From the NCBI GenBank assembly GCA_000092065.1, contig CP000585.1: a DNA stretch of 64,000 nucleotides, one strand, 5' to 3'. This stretch comes from Ostreococcus lucimarinus. Lineage: Eukaryota. The position numbers and the translations under genes are program-made. The notes beneath the pieces are model-generated. The model made no database searches. It had not been told where the DNA came from and saw only the letters and a list, made by a program, of their open reading frames with translations. This document shows positions 38,237 to 48,471 of the stretch, in pieces. Every line of letters starts with the position of its first letter. The first letter of the stretch is position 1.

Positions 38237-39196
38237 TTAGTTGAGCTTCGCATCCTGCGTGTCGCCGGTGAATCGCGCAGAAGACGAACCGTCGTTACCG
38301 TCGTTACCCCACGCCACGTAATCCTTCTTCGTCTTGAGCTTTTCCGTGAACGACCCCTCGATCTTCAAGCCGGCGTCGTCGCCGCCGATGACGATGTCGA
38401 TGACTCCGTACTGCTTCGCCTCGAGCGGCGACATGTAGCGATCGCGATCGGTGTCTTCGTCTATCGTCTTAACGTCTTGTCCGGTGTGGAACGCCATGAG
38501 TCTGTTCAAGTTGGCCTTGTGGTGCATGATTTCCTTCGCTTGGATTTCGATGTCCACGGCGCTCCCTTGCGCCCCGCCGAGCGGCTGGTGAATCATGATG
38601 CGCGCGTTCGGCATCGACATGCGGCGACCCTTCTCCCCGCTCGCGAGCAAGAACGCCCCCATGGACGCCGCGAGTCCAAGGCACACCGTGCTCACGGGCG
38701 CTCGGCAAAACTGCATCGCGTCGTAAATCCCCATCCCCGCCGTCACGCTCCCTCCCGGAGAGTTGATGAAGAGTTTAATCTCCTTCGTCGGATCTTGCTG
38801 ATCGAGCAGCAGCAACTGCGAGATCACCGCATCGGCGTTAAAATCATCGACCTGCGAGCCGAGAAACACGATTCGGTTCCTCAGCAAGCTATCGAACGGC
38901 GACCCGCTTTGGTCTCGCGGCACCACCGGCCCCGCGCGCGCGCCCGGCGCCCCGCTCGCGTTCACCGCGTCGTAAATCTCTCTCTGCGCCTCGTTCACGC
39001 CGTCGACGTGCGCGATTTCGTTCGGGTTCTCGTAGAACGCTCCTCCCGCGCGCGCGACGCGCGTCGCGCGTCCGCGCCCGTCCGCGCGCCGCGCGCGCGA
39101 TAAACCTAGCCTCGATCGCGTCGCCCGCGTCGTCGCGTCGCGTCGCGTCGCGCTTCCGCGCGGCGCCGTCGTCGTCGCGCGCGTCACGAGTCCCAT
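38237..39196 (-). CDS. clpP: ATP-dependent Clp protease proteolytic subunit (ClpP) with an organellar presequence
   Basis: [24 protein letters not shown]...[20 protein letters not shown]...[14 protein letters not shown]...[10 protein letters not shown] carries the Ser-His catalytic signatures. The N-terminal 60 aa are Arg/Ala/Thr-rich. Confidence 0.85.
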   Translation of the reverse strand: MGLVTRATTTAPRGSATRRDATTRATRSRLGLSRARRADGRGRATRVARAGGAFYENPNEIAHVDGVNEAQREIYDAVNASGAPGARAGPVVPRDQSGSPFDSLLRNRIVFLGSQVDDFNADAVISQLLLLDQQDPTKEIKLFINSPGGSVTAGMGIYDAMQFCRAPVSTVCLGLAASMGAFLLASGEKGRRMSMPNARIMIHQPLGGAQGSAVDIEIQAKEIMHHKANLNRLMAFHTGQDVKTIDEDTDRDRYMSPLEAKQYGVIDIVIGGDDAGLKIEGSFTEKLKTKKDYVAWGNDGNDGSSSARFTGDTQDAKLN

Positions 39197-39366
39197 CGTG
39201 CGTTCGCTCGCGTCGTCGGTCGCGTCGCGCGCGTGTGCGGCGCGCGCGCGGTCGACGCGCCGCGCGCGCGGGCGCGCGCCTGGTCGGTCGGTATGCGCAA
39301 ACAGTGCGGGTGCGTTTTTCGACGCGTCCCGACGTCCCGACGGCCGCGCGGCGTCGGCACACCGCG

Positions 39367-41049
39367 ATGCGAAGCGTCGCGCGCGCGTTGAAGTGCGCGC
39401 GCGCGACGCGAGGCGCGACGACCGCGACGATCGCGACGACCGCGCGCGCGCCGGTCGACGGACGACGACGCGGGACGACGAGACGCGCGGGACGCGTCGA
39501 CGCGGGACGACGACGCGGGACGCGCGCGATGGCGGTGAGCGGACGCGCGCACGCGCCGGCGAACGCGGACCCGATGGCGGGCGTCGACGTCGCGGCGAAC
39601 GGGACGGCGTGGCGAGACGCGGCGGTGGACGTGGTGGTGTGGGCGGTGCGAGAGGAGGACGTCGGCGCGGAGACGGGGGCGCTGGAGTGCGACGCGCTGC
39701 GGGCGTTCGACGCGGCGTCGGGGGGGGCGGTGCGAGCGATGATCGAGGAGGGAGAGTTTAAGGGAAAGGTTGGGACGTCCGCGTTCTCGAGGGCGATCGC
39801 GGGGACGGCGAAACACGTCGGCGTGGTCGGCGTGGGGAAGAGGGGGGAGGCGACGACGAGCGCGATGTTGACGCTGGGATCCGCGGCGGCGGCGCAAGCG
39901 CAAAAGAGCAAGTGCAAGACGCTCGGGATTAAGGGTGCGGACGGATTCGAAAACGCGGTCGCGGCTGGGGCGTACTTGGGCGCGACGGAGGATCAGAGGT
40001 TTAAGTCCAAGCCGCAGGCGAAGACGCTCGAATCCGTGTCGTTGTTGGACGTCTCCGCGGATGTCTCCGAGGGTAAGGCGCGCGCGGTGGGCGTGCAGTT
40101 GACCAAAGATCTCGTCGCCGCACCGCCGAACGTGGTGACGCCGACCGCGATGGCGGAAGTCGCCAAGTCCATCGCCGCCGCGCATCCGGATTGCATGAGC
40201 GTGAAAATTTTGGAAAAGGCTGATTGCGAAAAGCTGGGCATGGGATCCTTCTTGGGCGTCTCCGAAGCCTCGGACGAACCGCCGAAGTTTATCCACCTCA
40301 CGTACAAGGGTGCTGGGAGCGACTTGAAGAAAGTGGCTGTCGTCGGTAAGGGGCTGACGTTTGACTCCGGCGGCTACAACTTGAAGGCGGGCGCGGGGTC
40401 GATGATTGAGATGATGAAGTTTGACATGGGCGGTTCCGGAGCCACGCTCGGCGCCGCGAAAATCATCGCGCAGACGAAGCCAGCGGGCGTCGAATGTCAC
40501 TTCATCATCGCGTCGTGCGAAAACATGATCGGTTCTCGCGGCTTGCGCCCTGGCGACATCTTAACCGCGTCCAACGGCAAGACCATCGAGGTGAACAACA
40601 CCGACGCTGAAGGTCGTCTGACGCTCGCCGACGCCTTGGTGTACGCCGACAAGACGTGCGGTGCGACCGCCATCGTTGACTGCGCCACTCTCACCGGCGC
40701 CATCATCGTCGCGCTCGGCAACGACATCGCCGGTCTCTTTTCCCCGAAGGACGCCGCCGCCAAGCGCGTCGAAGACGCCGCCAAGGCGGCGGGAGAAGAT
40801 CTCTGGCGTATGCCCATGCCCGATTCCATGTGGTCTATCATGAAATCTGAAATCGCCGACATGAAGAACACCGGCTCTCGCGGCGGCGGTTCCATCACCG
40901 CCGCGCTCTTCTTGAAGCAATTCGTCGACGAGAGCGTCGAGTGGAGCCACGTGGATTTGGCCGGACCGGTGTGGGACGACAAGAAGGGCGGTGCCACCGG
41001 TTACGGCGCAGCGCTTTTCGCCGCGTGGGTGTCGTCCTTTAAGAAGTAA
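39367..41049 (+). CDS. Leucyl aminopeptidase, M17 family, with an N-terminal presequence
   Basis: The [17 protein letters not shown] signature is present, with [15 protein letters not shown] and [10 protein letters not shown]. The ATG at 39367 was verified. It is head-to-head with ClpP, about 170 bp away. Confidence 0.85.
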   Translation: MRSVARALKCARATRGATTATIATTARAPVDGRRRGTTRRAGRVDAGRRRGTRAMAVSGRAHAPANADPMAGVDVAANGTAWRDAAVDVVVWAVREEDVGAETGALECDALRAFDAASGGAVRAMIEEGEFKGKVGTSAFSRAIAGTAKHVGVVGVGKRGEATTSAMLTLGSAAAAQAQKSKCKTLGIKGADGFENAVAAGAYLGATEDQRFKSKPQAKTLESVSLLDVSADVSEGKARAVGVQLTKDLVAAPPNVVTPTAMAEVAKSIAAAHPDCMSVKILEKADCEKLGMGSFLGVSEASDEPPKFIHLTYKGAGSDLKKVAVVGKGLTFDSGGYNLKAGAGSMIEMMKFDMGGSGATLGAAKIIAQTKPAGVECHFIIASCENMIGSRGLRPGDILTASNGKTIEVNNTDAEGRLTLADALVYADKTCGATAIVDCATLTGAIIVALGNDIAGLFSPKDAAAKRVEDAAKAAGEDLWRMPMPDSMWSIMKSEIADMKNTGSRGGGSITAALFLKQFVDESVEWSHVDLAGPVWDDKKGGATGYGAALFAAWVSSFKK

Positions 41050-41137
41050 GTGATTCCTTTAATTAAACTGTCCAACCATAAAAATTTAACGCGTCGCCGA
41101 ATAGTCTTTTCTGCATCAGAGCGCGACGTTCGCCGTC

Positions 41138-42571
41138 ATGCGTCGCGCGACGTCGACCGCGAGCGCGCGGCTGCTGGTTCTGACGTTCTTCGCGATCGCG
41201 TCGAGCGTCGCCGTCGCCGCCGCGGCGTCGTACGAGACGCGCTCGACGCGCGCGCCGCGACGCGCGTCCAGCTCGTCCCAGTCCGCCGCGCCGCGTTTCC
41301 GCGCCTACACGTGGGGAATCGGCGGCGAGCGCGTCGGGCGACCGTCCAACCCCTCGAGCTTGCCTCCCGCGCGCGTTGAATTGGACGAGAGCGCGGGAGA
41401 CGTCGTCGCGATCGCGGCGAGCGGACACACCGCCGTGGTCGTCGAGCGCGGGTGGTTGTACACCGCGGGGCGAAACGCGTCGAGCGGTGGTGGCGGTCGG
41501 GGATCGCCCCCGATCGAAGATAGCGGACAGCTCGGTCGCGGTGGTAGTTCGGGGGCGATGGAGCGCGTGATCGGGGCGCTGAGCGATGAGGTGGTCACGA
41601 GCGTGGCGTGCGGACGATATCACACCGTGGTGTCGACGGAGAGCGGCGCGGTGTATTCGTTCGGGTTGAACGACGCGGGGCAGCTCGGGACGGCTGGAGT
41701 GATGGGTAAATTACCGATAAATGGGGTGACGTGTGATAGCGGTGGGAACTGCGATGGGCTCGAGCGAGCGAGCAAGGTTGAGGCGAAGGAGGGCTCGTCG
41801 TGCTTCGGCGGCTCGTCGTGTAGAATCGGGACGCCGCGTCGCGTGCGGTTTTCGAGCCACACGGTGGAGGTTAGGAGCGTTGCCGCAGGCAGGTACTCGA
41901 GCGCGGCGATAGCGAGCGATGGGACTGTGTACGTGTGGGGATTGAATTCTTGCGGCGATAGCGAAATAGGCCGCGACGAGTTACTCGCCGACGCGAGCGT
42001 CGCGGCGGTTCCGCGAGTAGTCAACGGCATCACCGACGTGACGCAGGTAGATATCGGGTACACGAATATGATTTTTCTGACGAGCTCGGGACGAGTGGTG
42101 ACGTGCGACACCGGATTTACCGGGTATGCGCAAGTGCAAGCGAACGCGGATGTGAGCTTGCGGCAGCACATCACGTTTGCGGACGCGCCATCGACGCAGC
42201 GTGCCTTCGACGTCGCCGCTGGACGCTGTCACTACGTCGTTGCCACGGAAGGTGGCGGCCTGTACACGTGGGGCTGCGACGGTGCCTGGCTAGGCCGCGA
42301 CGGCGATCCACTCAAACCAGCTCAAGTCGGCGGCGACTTGGCGTCTCGCGCCGCCGTCTCAGTCGCCGCGGGCGAATACTTCACCCTCGTCGCCACCGTC
42401 GACGGCGAAGTGTATGGTATGGGTGCCGCCGGTAACGGTCAACTGGGCGTCCAAGCGTCGAACTCCGGGCACAACTCCCCCATCCGCGTGAACGTCGGCG
42501 ACGCCGTGGGCACCCTCGCCGTCGCCGCGGGATACCAACACTCGGTCGCCATCGTTCGGTCCTCCGACTAG
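41138..42571 (+). CDS. RCC1-repeat (regulator of chromosome condensation-like beta-propeller) protein with an N-terminal signal-peptide-like segment
   Basis: It has repeated GRYHTVVSTESGAVYSFGLNDAGQLG-type blades (at least 6: GHTAVVV..., GRYSSAAIA..., GRCHYVVATEGGGLYTWG..., GEYFTLVATVDGEVYGMGAAGNGQLG, GYQHSVAI). The N-terminus is MRRATSTASARLLVLTFFAIASSVAVAAAA. Confidence 0.7.
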   Translation: MRRATSTASARLLVLTFFAIASSVAVAAAASYETRSTRAPRRASSSSQSAAPRFRAYTWGIGGERVGRPSNPSSLPPARVELDESAGDVVAIAASGHTAVVVERGWLYTAGRNASSGGGGRGSPPIEDSGQLGRGGSSGAMERVIGALSDEVVTSVACGRYHTVVSTESGAVYSFGLNDAGQLGTAGVMGKLPINGVTCDSGGNCDGLERASKVEAKEGSSCFGGSSCRIGTPRRVRFSSHTVEVRSVAAGRYSSAAIASDGTVYVWGLNSCGDSEIGRDELLADASVAAVPRVVNGITDVTQVDIGYTNMIFLTSSGRVVTCDTGFTGYAQVQANADVSLRQHITFADAPSTQRAFDVAAGRCHYVVATEGGGLYTWGCDGAWLGRDGDPLKPAQVGGDLASRAAVSVAAGEYFTLVATVDGEVYGMGAAGNGQLGVQASNSGHNSPIRVNVGDAVGTLAVAAGYQHSVAIVRSSD

Positions 42572-42785
42572 CGGCGCTGTACATCACACTCCATTCATGA
42601 TTTCTTTACGTTTCCTCGCGTTTTACGCGTTTTCGCGCCCTTCGTCGCCCTTCGTCGTCGCCGTCGTTTCGGCGAACCACGACCGTTAATTAATTCCCGA
42701 GATACGCGCGCGCCATTCCGCGCCGCCCCGCGCGTGCGCGCCGCCTTCCCGCGCCCACGGGCGAAAACTGACGCACGCGGACGCG

Positions 42786-43100
42786 ATGAAGTCTCCGCCG
42801 AAGCTCCCGACGCTGCAGCGCGCGTCGACGAGCGCTAAAGTCCCGACTCTGGTCGTCTCGAATTCAAACGCCAAGCCGTTCGCGTATTACCTCTCCGAGG
42901 CGCAGACGATGCTGAAAACCCACGGCAAAGTGCGCCTGTCGGGCGTCGGGAACGCGACGCAGCACGCGCTGGTCGTGAGCGAGGTGCTGAGCGCGCGAGG
43001 GATCGGAAGGGTGACCGCGGTGCGCACGGGGACGGTGGCCAAGGAGGAACTCGCGGACGAGCACGCGGCCAAGATCGAAGTCACGATCAACGGCGCGTGA
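42786..43100 (+). CDS. Alba-like domain protein (Alba / Rpp20-Pop7 superfamily), 104 aa
   Basis: PTLVVSNSNAKPFAYYLSEAQTMLKTHGKVRLSGVGNATQHALVVSEVLSARGIGRVTAV fits the Alba beta-alpha-beta fold pattern (V.I...P..Y..A..L....V.L.G.G.AI..AV.V.E.L). The ATG at 42786 was verified. Confidence 0.5.
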   Translation: MKSPPKLPTLQRASTSAKVPTLVVSNSNAKPFAYYLSEAQTMLKTHGKVRLSGVGNATQHALVVSEVLSARGIGRVTAVRTGTVAKEELADEHAAKIEVTINGA

Positions 43101-43172
43101 TCGCTCGCGCGGCACGCTGTACGCTAGCTAACTATTATGATGGTACAATACGATAAGATGTGGTGTATTCCG

Positions 43173-43739
43173 TCACGTCGACGCGCGCGGCGGAAACTCG
43201 CGAAGCGCGCGCCGCGGCGTCGGCGCCTTTGGATTCCCTCTGACGTAAAATTCCTGAAACATCTCGATCGCCTCGCGCTCGAACAACCCACCGCGAGCGT
43301 CGTACGGCTTCCCCACGCCTCCCGCCCCCCCGCACGCGCCGCATCCGCGCGCGTGCGCGTCGAGCACGGTGCCCGCGCCGCCGAATTTGTCGTTCGCGCA
43401 CCCGTACACCACCTCGCGCACGCCCAGCGCGCTCATCGCGCCCGCGCACATCACGCACGGCTCGCACGTCACGTACAGCGTGACGTCCTCGAATCGACAC
43501 GCCGCGCGATCGCCGCCGTGCGCGTCGAGGAGCGCGTCGACGGCCTCGAACTCCGCGTGTCGCGTTCCGTTGCGCGTTCGATTCGTCGCGTTGCGCCCGA
43601 CGGCGACGATCTCGCCGTCGCGCGCGAGCGCGCACCCGCACGGGACCTCCCACTCGTCCAGCGCGAGCCGCGCCTGCGCCAGGGCGACGCGCATGCGCGC
43701 GCGCTCGGCGTCGGTGAATTCGCGCGACGCGCGTCGCAT
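43173..43739 (-). CDS. tRNA-specific adenosine deaminase, TadA/ADAT2-type (CDA-fold zinc deaminase)
   Basis: PCGCALARDGEIVAVGRN...RHAEFEAVD (the HAE motif) and CEPCVMCAGAM (the PCxxC zinc motif). The ATG at 43739 was verified. The upstream ORF part is GYF-gene antisense. Confidence 0.8.
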   Translation of the reverse strand: MRRASREFTDAERARMRVALAQARLALDEWEVPCGCALARDGEIVAVGRNATNRTRNGTRHAEFEAVDALLDAHGGDRAACRFEDVTLYVTCEPCVMCAGAMSALGVREVVYGCANDKFGGAGTVLDAHARGCGACGGAGGVGKPYDARGGLFEREAIEMFQEFYVRGNPKAPTPRRALREFPPRAST

Positions 43740-43820
43740 CCGCGCGACGCGCGAAGTGGCGACACCGCGACGCGCGCGAGCCGACGCGCGCGCGCGAGCC
43801 GACGCGCGCGCGCGAGGACG

Positions 43821-44540
43821 ATGATGTATCACTACGTCGACCCGCAGGGGCGCGAGCAGGGGCCGTTCGCGTACGCGCACCTCGCGAAGTGGTTCAAGGC
43901 GGGGTACCTGCGACCAAACTTGGGATGTCGACGACAGGACGAGACGACGTACGCGCGCACGGTGACGCAGGCGCTGCTGGAGGACGGCGCGATGCACGGA
44001 GTGCCGGAACACATGCTCGGGGAGGTGGTGCGACCGACGACGGCGGCGCGGACGGGTGGGGGGGGGGCGACGACGGTGAACGTGCCGCCGCCGCCGGCGA
44101 CGACGGCGACGACGAGCGTCGGAAGGTCGGAGGAAGACGTCGCGGAGTGCATGGAACGTCTGATGATGGTGTTGGATCACGTGCTGGCGATCGTCCTCGA
44201 GGGAGGGCTGCGCGCGGAGTTCGGGGAGGTGTGGATGGATATGTTGCACACGCCGCCGCCGTGGACGCTGGAGACGACGCTGCGCGAGCTCAAGGCGAAT
44301 TGGGGGTCGTTGTTCTCCACGCAGCCGCGACGAATGCGAGAAATTGAGGTTTTGCTCGATGCGGCGATTCGACAGCGCAAGAATCAGCCCATCGCGGCCG
44401 GTGGGTTGGCAAGGGACGTTTCGAGCGCGGCGGTGGCGTTGTTAAACGCGTGCCCGAAGACGTTTCCGCCGGAAGTCATCGAACATCTCAGGGTGGCGTG
44501 GGAGGAGTGCGAGAAGATACGCGCGCACCTTCACGCGTGA
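43821..44540 (+). CDS. GYF-domain protein
   Basis: The N-terminus MMYHYVDPQGREQGPFAYAHLAKWFKAGYLRPNL matches the GYF consensus (W.Y.D..G..QGPF....M..W...GYF). The ATG is at 43821. It lies 81 bp head-to-head from the deaminase gene. Confidence 0.65.
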   Translation: MMYHYVDPQGREQGPFAYAHLAKWFKAGYLRPNLGCRRQDETTYARTVTQALLEDGAMHGVPEHMLGEVVRPTTAARTGGGGATTVNVPPPPATTATTSVGRSEEDVAECMERLMMVLDHVLAIVLEGGLRAEFGEVWMDMLHTPPPWTLETTLRELKANWGSLFSTQPRRMREIEVLLDAAIRQRKNQPIAAGGLARDVSSAAVALLNACPKTFPPEVIEHLRVAWEECEKIRAHLHA

Positions 44541-44605
44541 GTCGCGACGCGCGTTCGATTCGTCGAGGACTAGATTGTGAAATACTCATTCGTTTCTAGA
44601 GAGTA

Positions 44606-45508
44606 CTACATCGTCGCGAGCTGCCGTCCTAGTCGCGCGCACCCTCGCTTGAGCGGAGACGCGATTCTATTTCTTCTAAAGCAAGCACCCCGCGTCGAGC
44701 GATGCATCGCCGTCGCTCTCGTCGCCGTCGCTGTGGTCGCTCCGCGCGCCGCCGAAGCTTGGACGTCGAGCGACGACGGTTTGTGAATACCGCAACGCTC
44801 GACGGTGATGCGCTGAAACGTCTCGCCCTCCTGCCTCGCGTCGCCGAGCTTTTGGAGAGCGTAAACGATATCGTACCCTTCGATGACCTGTCCGAACGCC
44901 ACGTGACGATTATCGAGCTGCGGCTTCGCGTCGAGCGTGAGCATGAACTGCGAGCCGTTGCGACCCGGCTCGCCGCCGCCGTCGTTGTGCATCGTCAACA
45001 CCCCTGGACCGCCGTGCTTGAGATTGAAATTTTCATCATCAAAGTACGCGCCGTAAATGCTCTGCCCCCCGGGCAACGCGTCCGGCAACAAGTTTGCGAA
45101 ATCGAAGAAATCCGGGTCCTCGGCGTTGTAAATCACCTCGTCCAGCTTCGTAAAGTCCCCGCCCACGATCCAATTCGACGGATACACCTTGAACATCGTC
45201 CCCGCGTAGCACCCATACTCGCACAATTGCGCGAAGTTCTTCGCCGTGATCGGGGCGACGTCTTCCTTGACCTCGAACACCACCCTCCCGAGGTAGTAGC
45301 CGCCCGCGCGCAGCTCGAGGAAGCACTGCGGATTGGCGTCGTTGATCGCGTACGGCGGCGCGTACGGCACGGGCACGATCTTCAGCGGTTCCGCGCGGCT
45401 CACTCGGGTCTCCCACTTCACCGCGTAGACGCCGCCGGGGGCGAGCGGGAGGATGGATGGGATGTCTTTCTTCTCGGCGTCGTCGGGGACGTCGTCGGGC
45501 GTCGACAT
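44606..45508 (-). CDS. Cyclophilin-type peptidyl-prolyl cis-trans isomerase (divergent, with an N-terminal extension)
   Basis: GRVVFEVKEDVAPITAKNFAQLCE...GTMFKV...GGDFT...HGGPGVLTMHNDGGGEPGRNGSQFMLTLDAKPQLDNRHVAFGQVIEGYDIV matches the cyclophilin fold. The ATG at 45508 was verified. Confidence 0.85.
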   Translation of the reverse strand: MSTPDDVPDDAEKKDIPSILPLAPGGVYAVKWETRVSRAEPLKIVPVPYAPPYAINDANPQCFLELRAGGYYLGRVVFEVKEDVAPITAKNFAQLCEYGCYAGTMFKVYPSNWIVGGDFTKLDEVIYNAEDPDFFDFANLLPDALPGGQSIYGAYFDDENFNLKHGGPGVLTMHNDGGGEPGRNGSQFMLTLDAKPQLDNRHVAFGQVIEGYDIVYALQKLGDARQEGETFQRITVERCGIHKPSSLDVQASAARGATTATATRATAMHRSTRGACFRRNRIASPLKRGCARLGRQLATM

Positions 45509-45781
45509 GGCGCGGGCGACGCGACGCGCGCGATCGGAGCGTCGCGAGGAAGGCGCTCGACGCGCGGGGTGGGCGCGCGTGGATGAACGCGGTGTGAGGA
45601 CGACGCGCGGGGCGGTGTGACGAGGAGTCGCAAAGATTACGTGGATAGCGCCGCCGGCGGACGGCGCCGAACGCGAAGGGCGCGAGAGGATCGTTGTTAT
45701 TTCGATGCAAAGAATTCGTTCAATCAATCGTGCTAGTCGATACTAATCATCATCGTCGTCTTTGAAGCGCTCGCCTCGCGC

Positions 45782-47434
45782 TCAGCGCAAGTCCACGCTC
45801 GACGCGTTCGGGATGCAGTGGGTGTGTAAAATTTCCTTCGTGGATTTTTTCGCCGCCTTGGTCTCGAGCACGATTTGTATCGATTGATCGAGCTCGATTT
45901 TCAAGTACTCGTGCTTGCAGCCTTCGACGATTTTCACGAGTTCGCGCAAGTTTCTCACGGATTTACCGTTCACGCCGCACACGACGACGTTGACGATGTC
46001 TTCATAGCCAATGTTGATGTCCGAGTTGAGCACTTGACTCACGACGACGACTTGATCGTCTGGCTTCTCCTTGTGCCCGTGCATCATCTTCGTCAGTAAA
46101 CGCAGCGGAGCGTCGTAATCGTAATCTTTACCGTATTCCGATCGCAAGTACGGCACACACACCACGGTGAAGACGATGCCCGCGCAAATGTAATACGACG
46201 GAGGCTTGCCCTCGATGTGCACCGGAACGAGGCGGTCGTGCGGCGTCAACGAAATGTCGAAATTCATCATCTTGCCATCGCGTAGGACGGTGACCGCAGC
46301 ACTATCGCCGACGTACTTGCGAGAGACTAAATAAGAAAAGTTAATGCGCTCGCCCGTTCTAAAAACCACGGTGCCGTCGGAAGCGACGTCGACGCCGTCG
46401 AATTTCATCAACACATCGCCGCGTTTCAACACCTTGGCAGCCGGCGCGAGAGGCGATAGACGTCGAAGCAAGACGCCGTTGTGCGCGGGTTTCATCCCGA
46501 GACTCTTCCGAAGCGATGGGTTCTCCAAGCGCTGGAACTCGCACTGCAGCGCCGGGAAACCGTTGTACACGCCCGTCCTCTTGAAGTCGCTAATAAAATG
46601 GTCGACGACGGGCGTCGGTATGATGTAGCCGATTCCTTCGGTGTCCGAGTCCTTGAGCGATTGAAACGCCACACCCACGCACTGCCCTTCGCGCCCGAAC
46701 GCCGGACCCCCGCTGTTGCCAGAATTGATAGCCGCGTCGATTTGCACCCCCAAAAGCTCCGTCGCGCCGTGCGAATACGACGTCACCTCTATCCGACTAA
46801 CCACCCCACTCGTGACGCTAATCGCGATCCCACCCACCGGATACCCAACCACAGTGACGCTGTCTTGCAAGCGAGGCAACACGCCGAACTTCACCGGCGC
46901 CACGCCCTCGAAAAACTCCTTCTCCTCCACCGTCAACAGCGCCAAGTCGCACTCCACGCCGATGGTCAACACCTTGGCCACGTACTTTTTATCGCTCCCG
47001 CGCTTCTTCAGCTTCACCTGCGTGTGATGTTCCACGCTGTGCGCGTTCGTCAGCACCATATTCCCCTCTATGACGAACCCCGTGCTCGTGCTCGAGCTCT
47101 GTCGCTTTCGCTGCCACGGCAGGCTCCAGTTCGGCTCGGTGTGCGTCGCGAACACCTTCACCACCGCGTCCAGCGGGTACTGCGGCGCGTCCTCGTCGTC
47201 GCTCGCCCATCCATCGACGTCCCCAAAGTAATCCACCGCGTCCTCCGACGACCGTCCGCTCGCCGGCGCCTCCGTCGCGTCCGTCTCGTCGTCCTCGTCC
47301 GCGTCTCGCGCGCCGCCTCGCCTTCGTCGCGTCGTCTCCTCCTTCACCGGCGTCTCCCCTCGCGCGCGCTTCGACGCGCGCGCCGGCGCCTTCGTCGCGC
47401 GCGTCTTTCCCGCGCGCTTCGTCGCGCGCGTCAT
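45782..47434 (-). CDS. Deg/HtrA-family serine protease (trypsin-like domain plus PDZ; plant DEG2/7/9-like) with a Lys/Arg-rich N-terminus
   Basis: The catalytic triad context is TNAHSV (His), ECDLALL (Asp) and GNSGGPAF (Ser). A PDZ-like region ([29 protein letters not shown]) follows. The ATG at 47434 was verified. The upstream 870 nt of the ORF is Arg-rich read-through. Confidence 0.8.
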   Translation of the reverse strand: MTRATKRAGKTRATKAPARASKRARGETPVKEETTRRRRGGARDADEDDETDATEAPASGRSSEDAVDYFGDVDGWASDDEDAPQYPLDAVVKVFATHTEPNWSLPWQRKRQSSSTSTGFVIEGNMVLTNAHSVEHHTQVKLKKRGSDKKYVAKVLTIGVECDLALLTVEEKEFFEGVAPVKFGVLPRLQDSVTVVGYPVGGIAISVTSGVVSRIEVTSYSHGATELLGVQIDAAINSGNSGGPAFGREGQCVGVAFQSLKDSDTEGIGYIIPTPVVDHFISDFKRTGVYNGFPALQCEFQRLENPSLRKSLGMKPAHNGVLLRRLSPLAPAAKVLKRGDVLMKFDGVDVASDGTVVFRTGERINFSYLVSRKYVGDSAAVTVLRDGKMMNFDISLTPHDRLVPVHIEGKPPSYYICAGIVFTVVCVPYLRSEYGKDYDYDAPLRLLTKMMHGHKEKPDDQVVVVSQVLNSDINIGYEDIVNVVVCGVNGKSVRNLRELVKIVEGCKHEYLKIELDQSIQIVLETKAAKKSTKEILHTHCIPNASSVDLR

Positions 47435-47578
47435 CGCGCGTCGCGTCGTGCGTCGCGCCGCGCCGGCGATCGTCGCGCGGCGTCGAGACGCCGCGCGCGA
47501 CGCACACACGGACCACACCACACCCGCGCCGCCCCGCCCGCGCGCCGCGCCCGCCCGCGCGCGTCGCACGACGCCGCG

Positions 47579-47718
47579 ATGGCGCTCGCGACGGCGCCGC
47601 CCGCGGGCAACGTCGCCGACGCGCTCGCGTACGTCCGCGAGGTCCGCGATCGGTTCGCGCGACAGACGGGAAAGTATCGCGAGTTCCTCGCCGCGATGCG
47701 CGACTTTAAGACTGGAAC
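47579..47718 (+). CDS. Sin3-like paired-amphipathic-helix (PAH) protein, exon 1 (start codon plus the first half of PAH1: [35 protein letters not shown])
   Basis: The ATG is at 47579. The sequence matches the PAH consensus (DAL.YL..VK..F.....Y..FL.IM..FK). The donor is AC|GTGCGT at about 47719. It lies 144 bp head-to-head from the Deg protease start. Confidence 0.65.
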
Positions 47719-47818
47719 GTGCGTCGCGACGTCGCGCGACGCGACGCGACGCGACGCGACCGACGCGCGATGACGCGCGAGCGACGAACGACTGACGACG
47801 ACGACGACGGCGACGCAG

Positions 47819-47909
47819 GCTCACGCCCGAGGGCGTGATCGAGCGCGTGCGACGGTGCCTGCGAGGACACGACGATTTGCTCGACGGCTTTCGAGCGTTT
47901 CTGCCCGAG
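47819..47909 (+). CDS. Sin3-like PAH protein, exon 2 (completes PAH1: [29 protein letters not shown])
   Basis: The acceptor is gacgcag|GC after a 100-bp intron (47719-47818) that contains GACTGAC 25 nt upstream of the AG. The join gives ...[15 protein letters not shown]..., matching Sin3 PAH1 (TPGVISRV...GHPDLIMGFNTFLP). The exon end at the GAG|GTGCGG donor (about 47909) is a tentative choice; it must lie before the in-frame stop at 48272. Confidence 0.5.
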
Positions 47910-48471
47910 GTGCGGGACGCGCGAGACGAGACGGACGCGAGACGAGACGGAGACGGAGACGACGCGAAAACGACGACGATGGCGCGAGACGACGAAGGCG
48001 CGGTGACTGACGGTGACGCGCGACGCGCGGGTCGGGGCGCAGGGATACTCGACGGCGACGGCGACGGCGAGCGGGACGCGCGCGCGCGGACGACCGGCGA
48101 CGGCGAGCGGGCGCGGAAGACCGAGAAAGGCGCCGAGCGCGCGGGAGGTGGCGATGAAGCGCGAATGCGAGGTGCGCGGGCGACGGCGACGCGCGCGCGA
48201 CGCGCGCGCGGCGGCGAACGCGACGCCGATCGACGCGGGGAAAAGTCGGCTGGGGTCGGAGGGACTCTTTGACGAGTCACGACCCGTCGATCGTTTGAAA
48301 CCACAGCCGTCCGACCGACCGACCTGATCCGACGGCGCGAACCGGCGGTTGGGGTCGCGCGGGCGACGCGCGCGGGACGGCGACGGTTTCGTTCGGTTCG
48401 CGAACGCGCGGAAGACGATCGAGCGCGTGACTGACTGTGTGCGCGAACGCGCGCGTGATAAGGCGACGCAG

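Noticed and set aside
39184-40500. 438-aa and 342-aa minus-strand ORFs (38889-39917, 39184-40500) and plus-strand 39198-39761
   Set aside because: They are antisense to, or out of frame with, the M17 leucyl aminopeptidase gene and are Arg-rich.
46481-47773. 430-aa plus-strand ORF
   Set aside because: It is antisense to the Deg protease for most of its length. Only its last 65 codons (PAH exon 1, from the ATG at 47579) are real.
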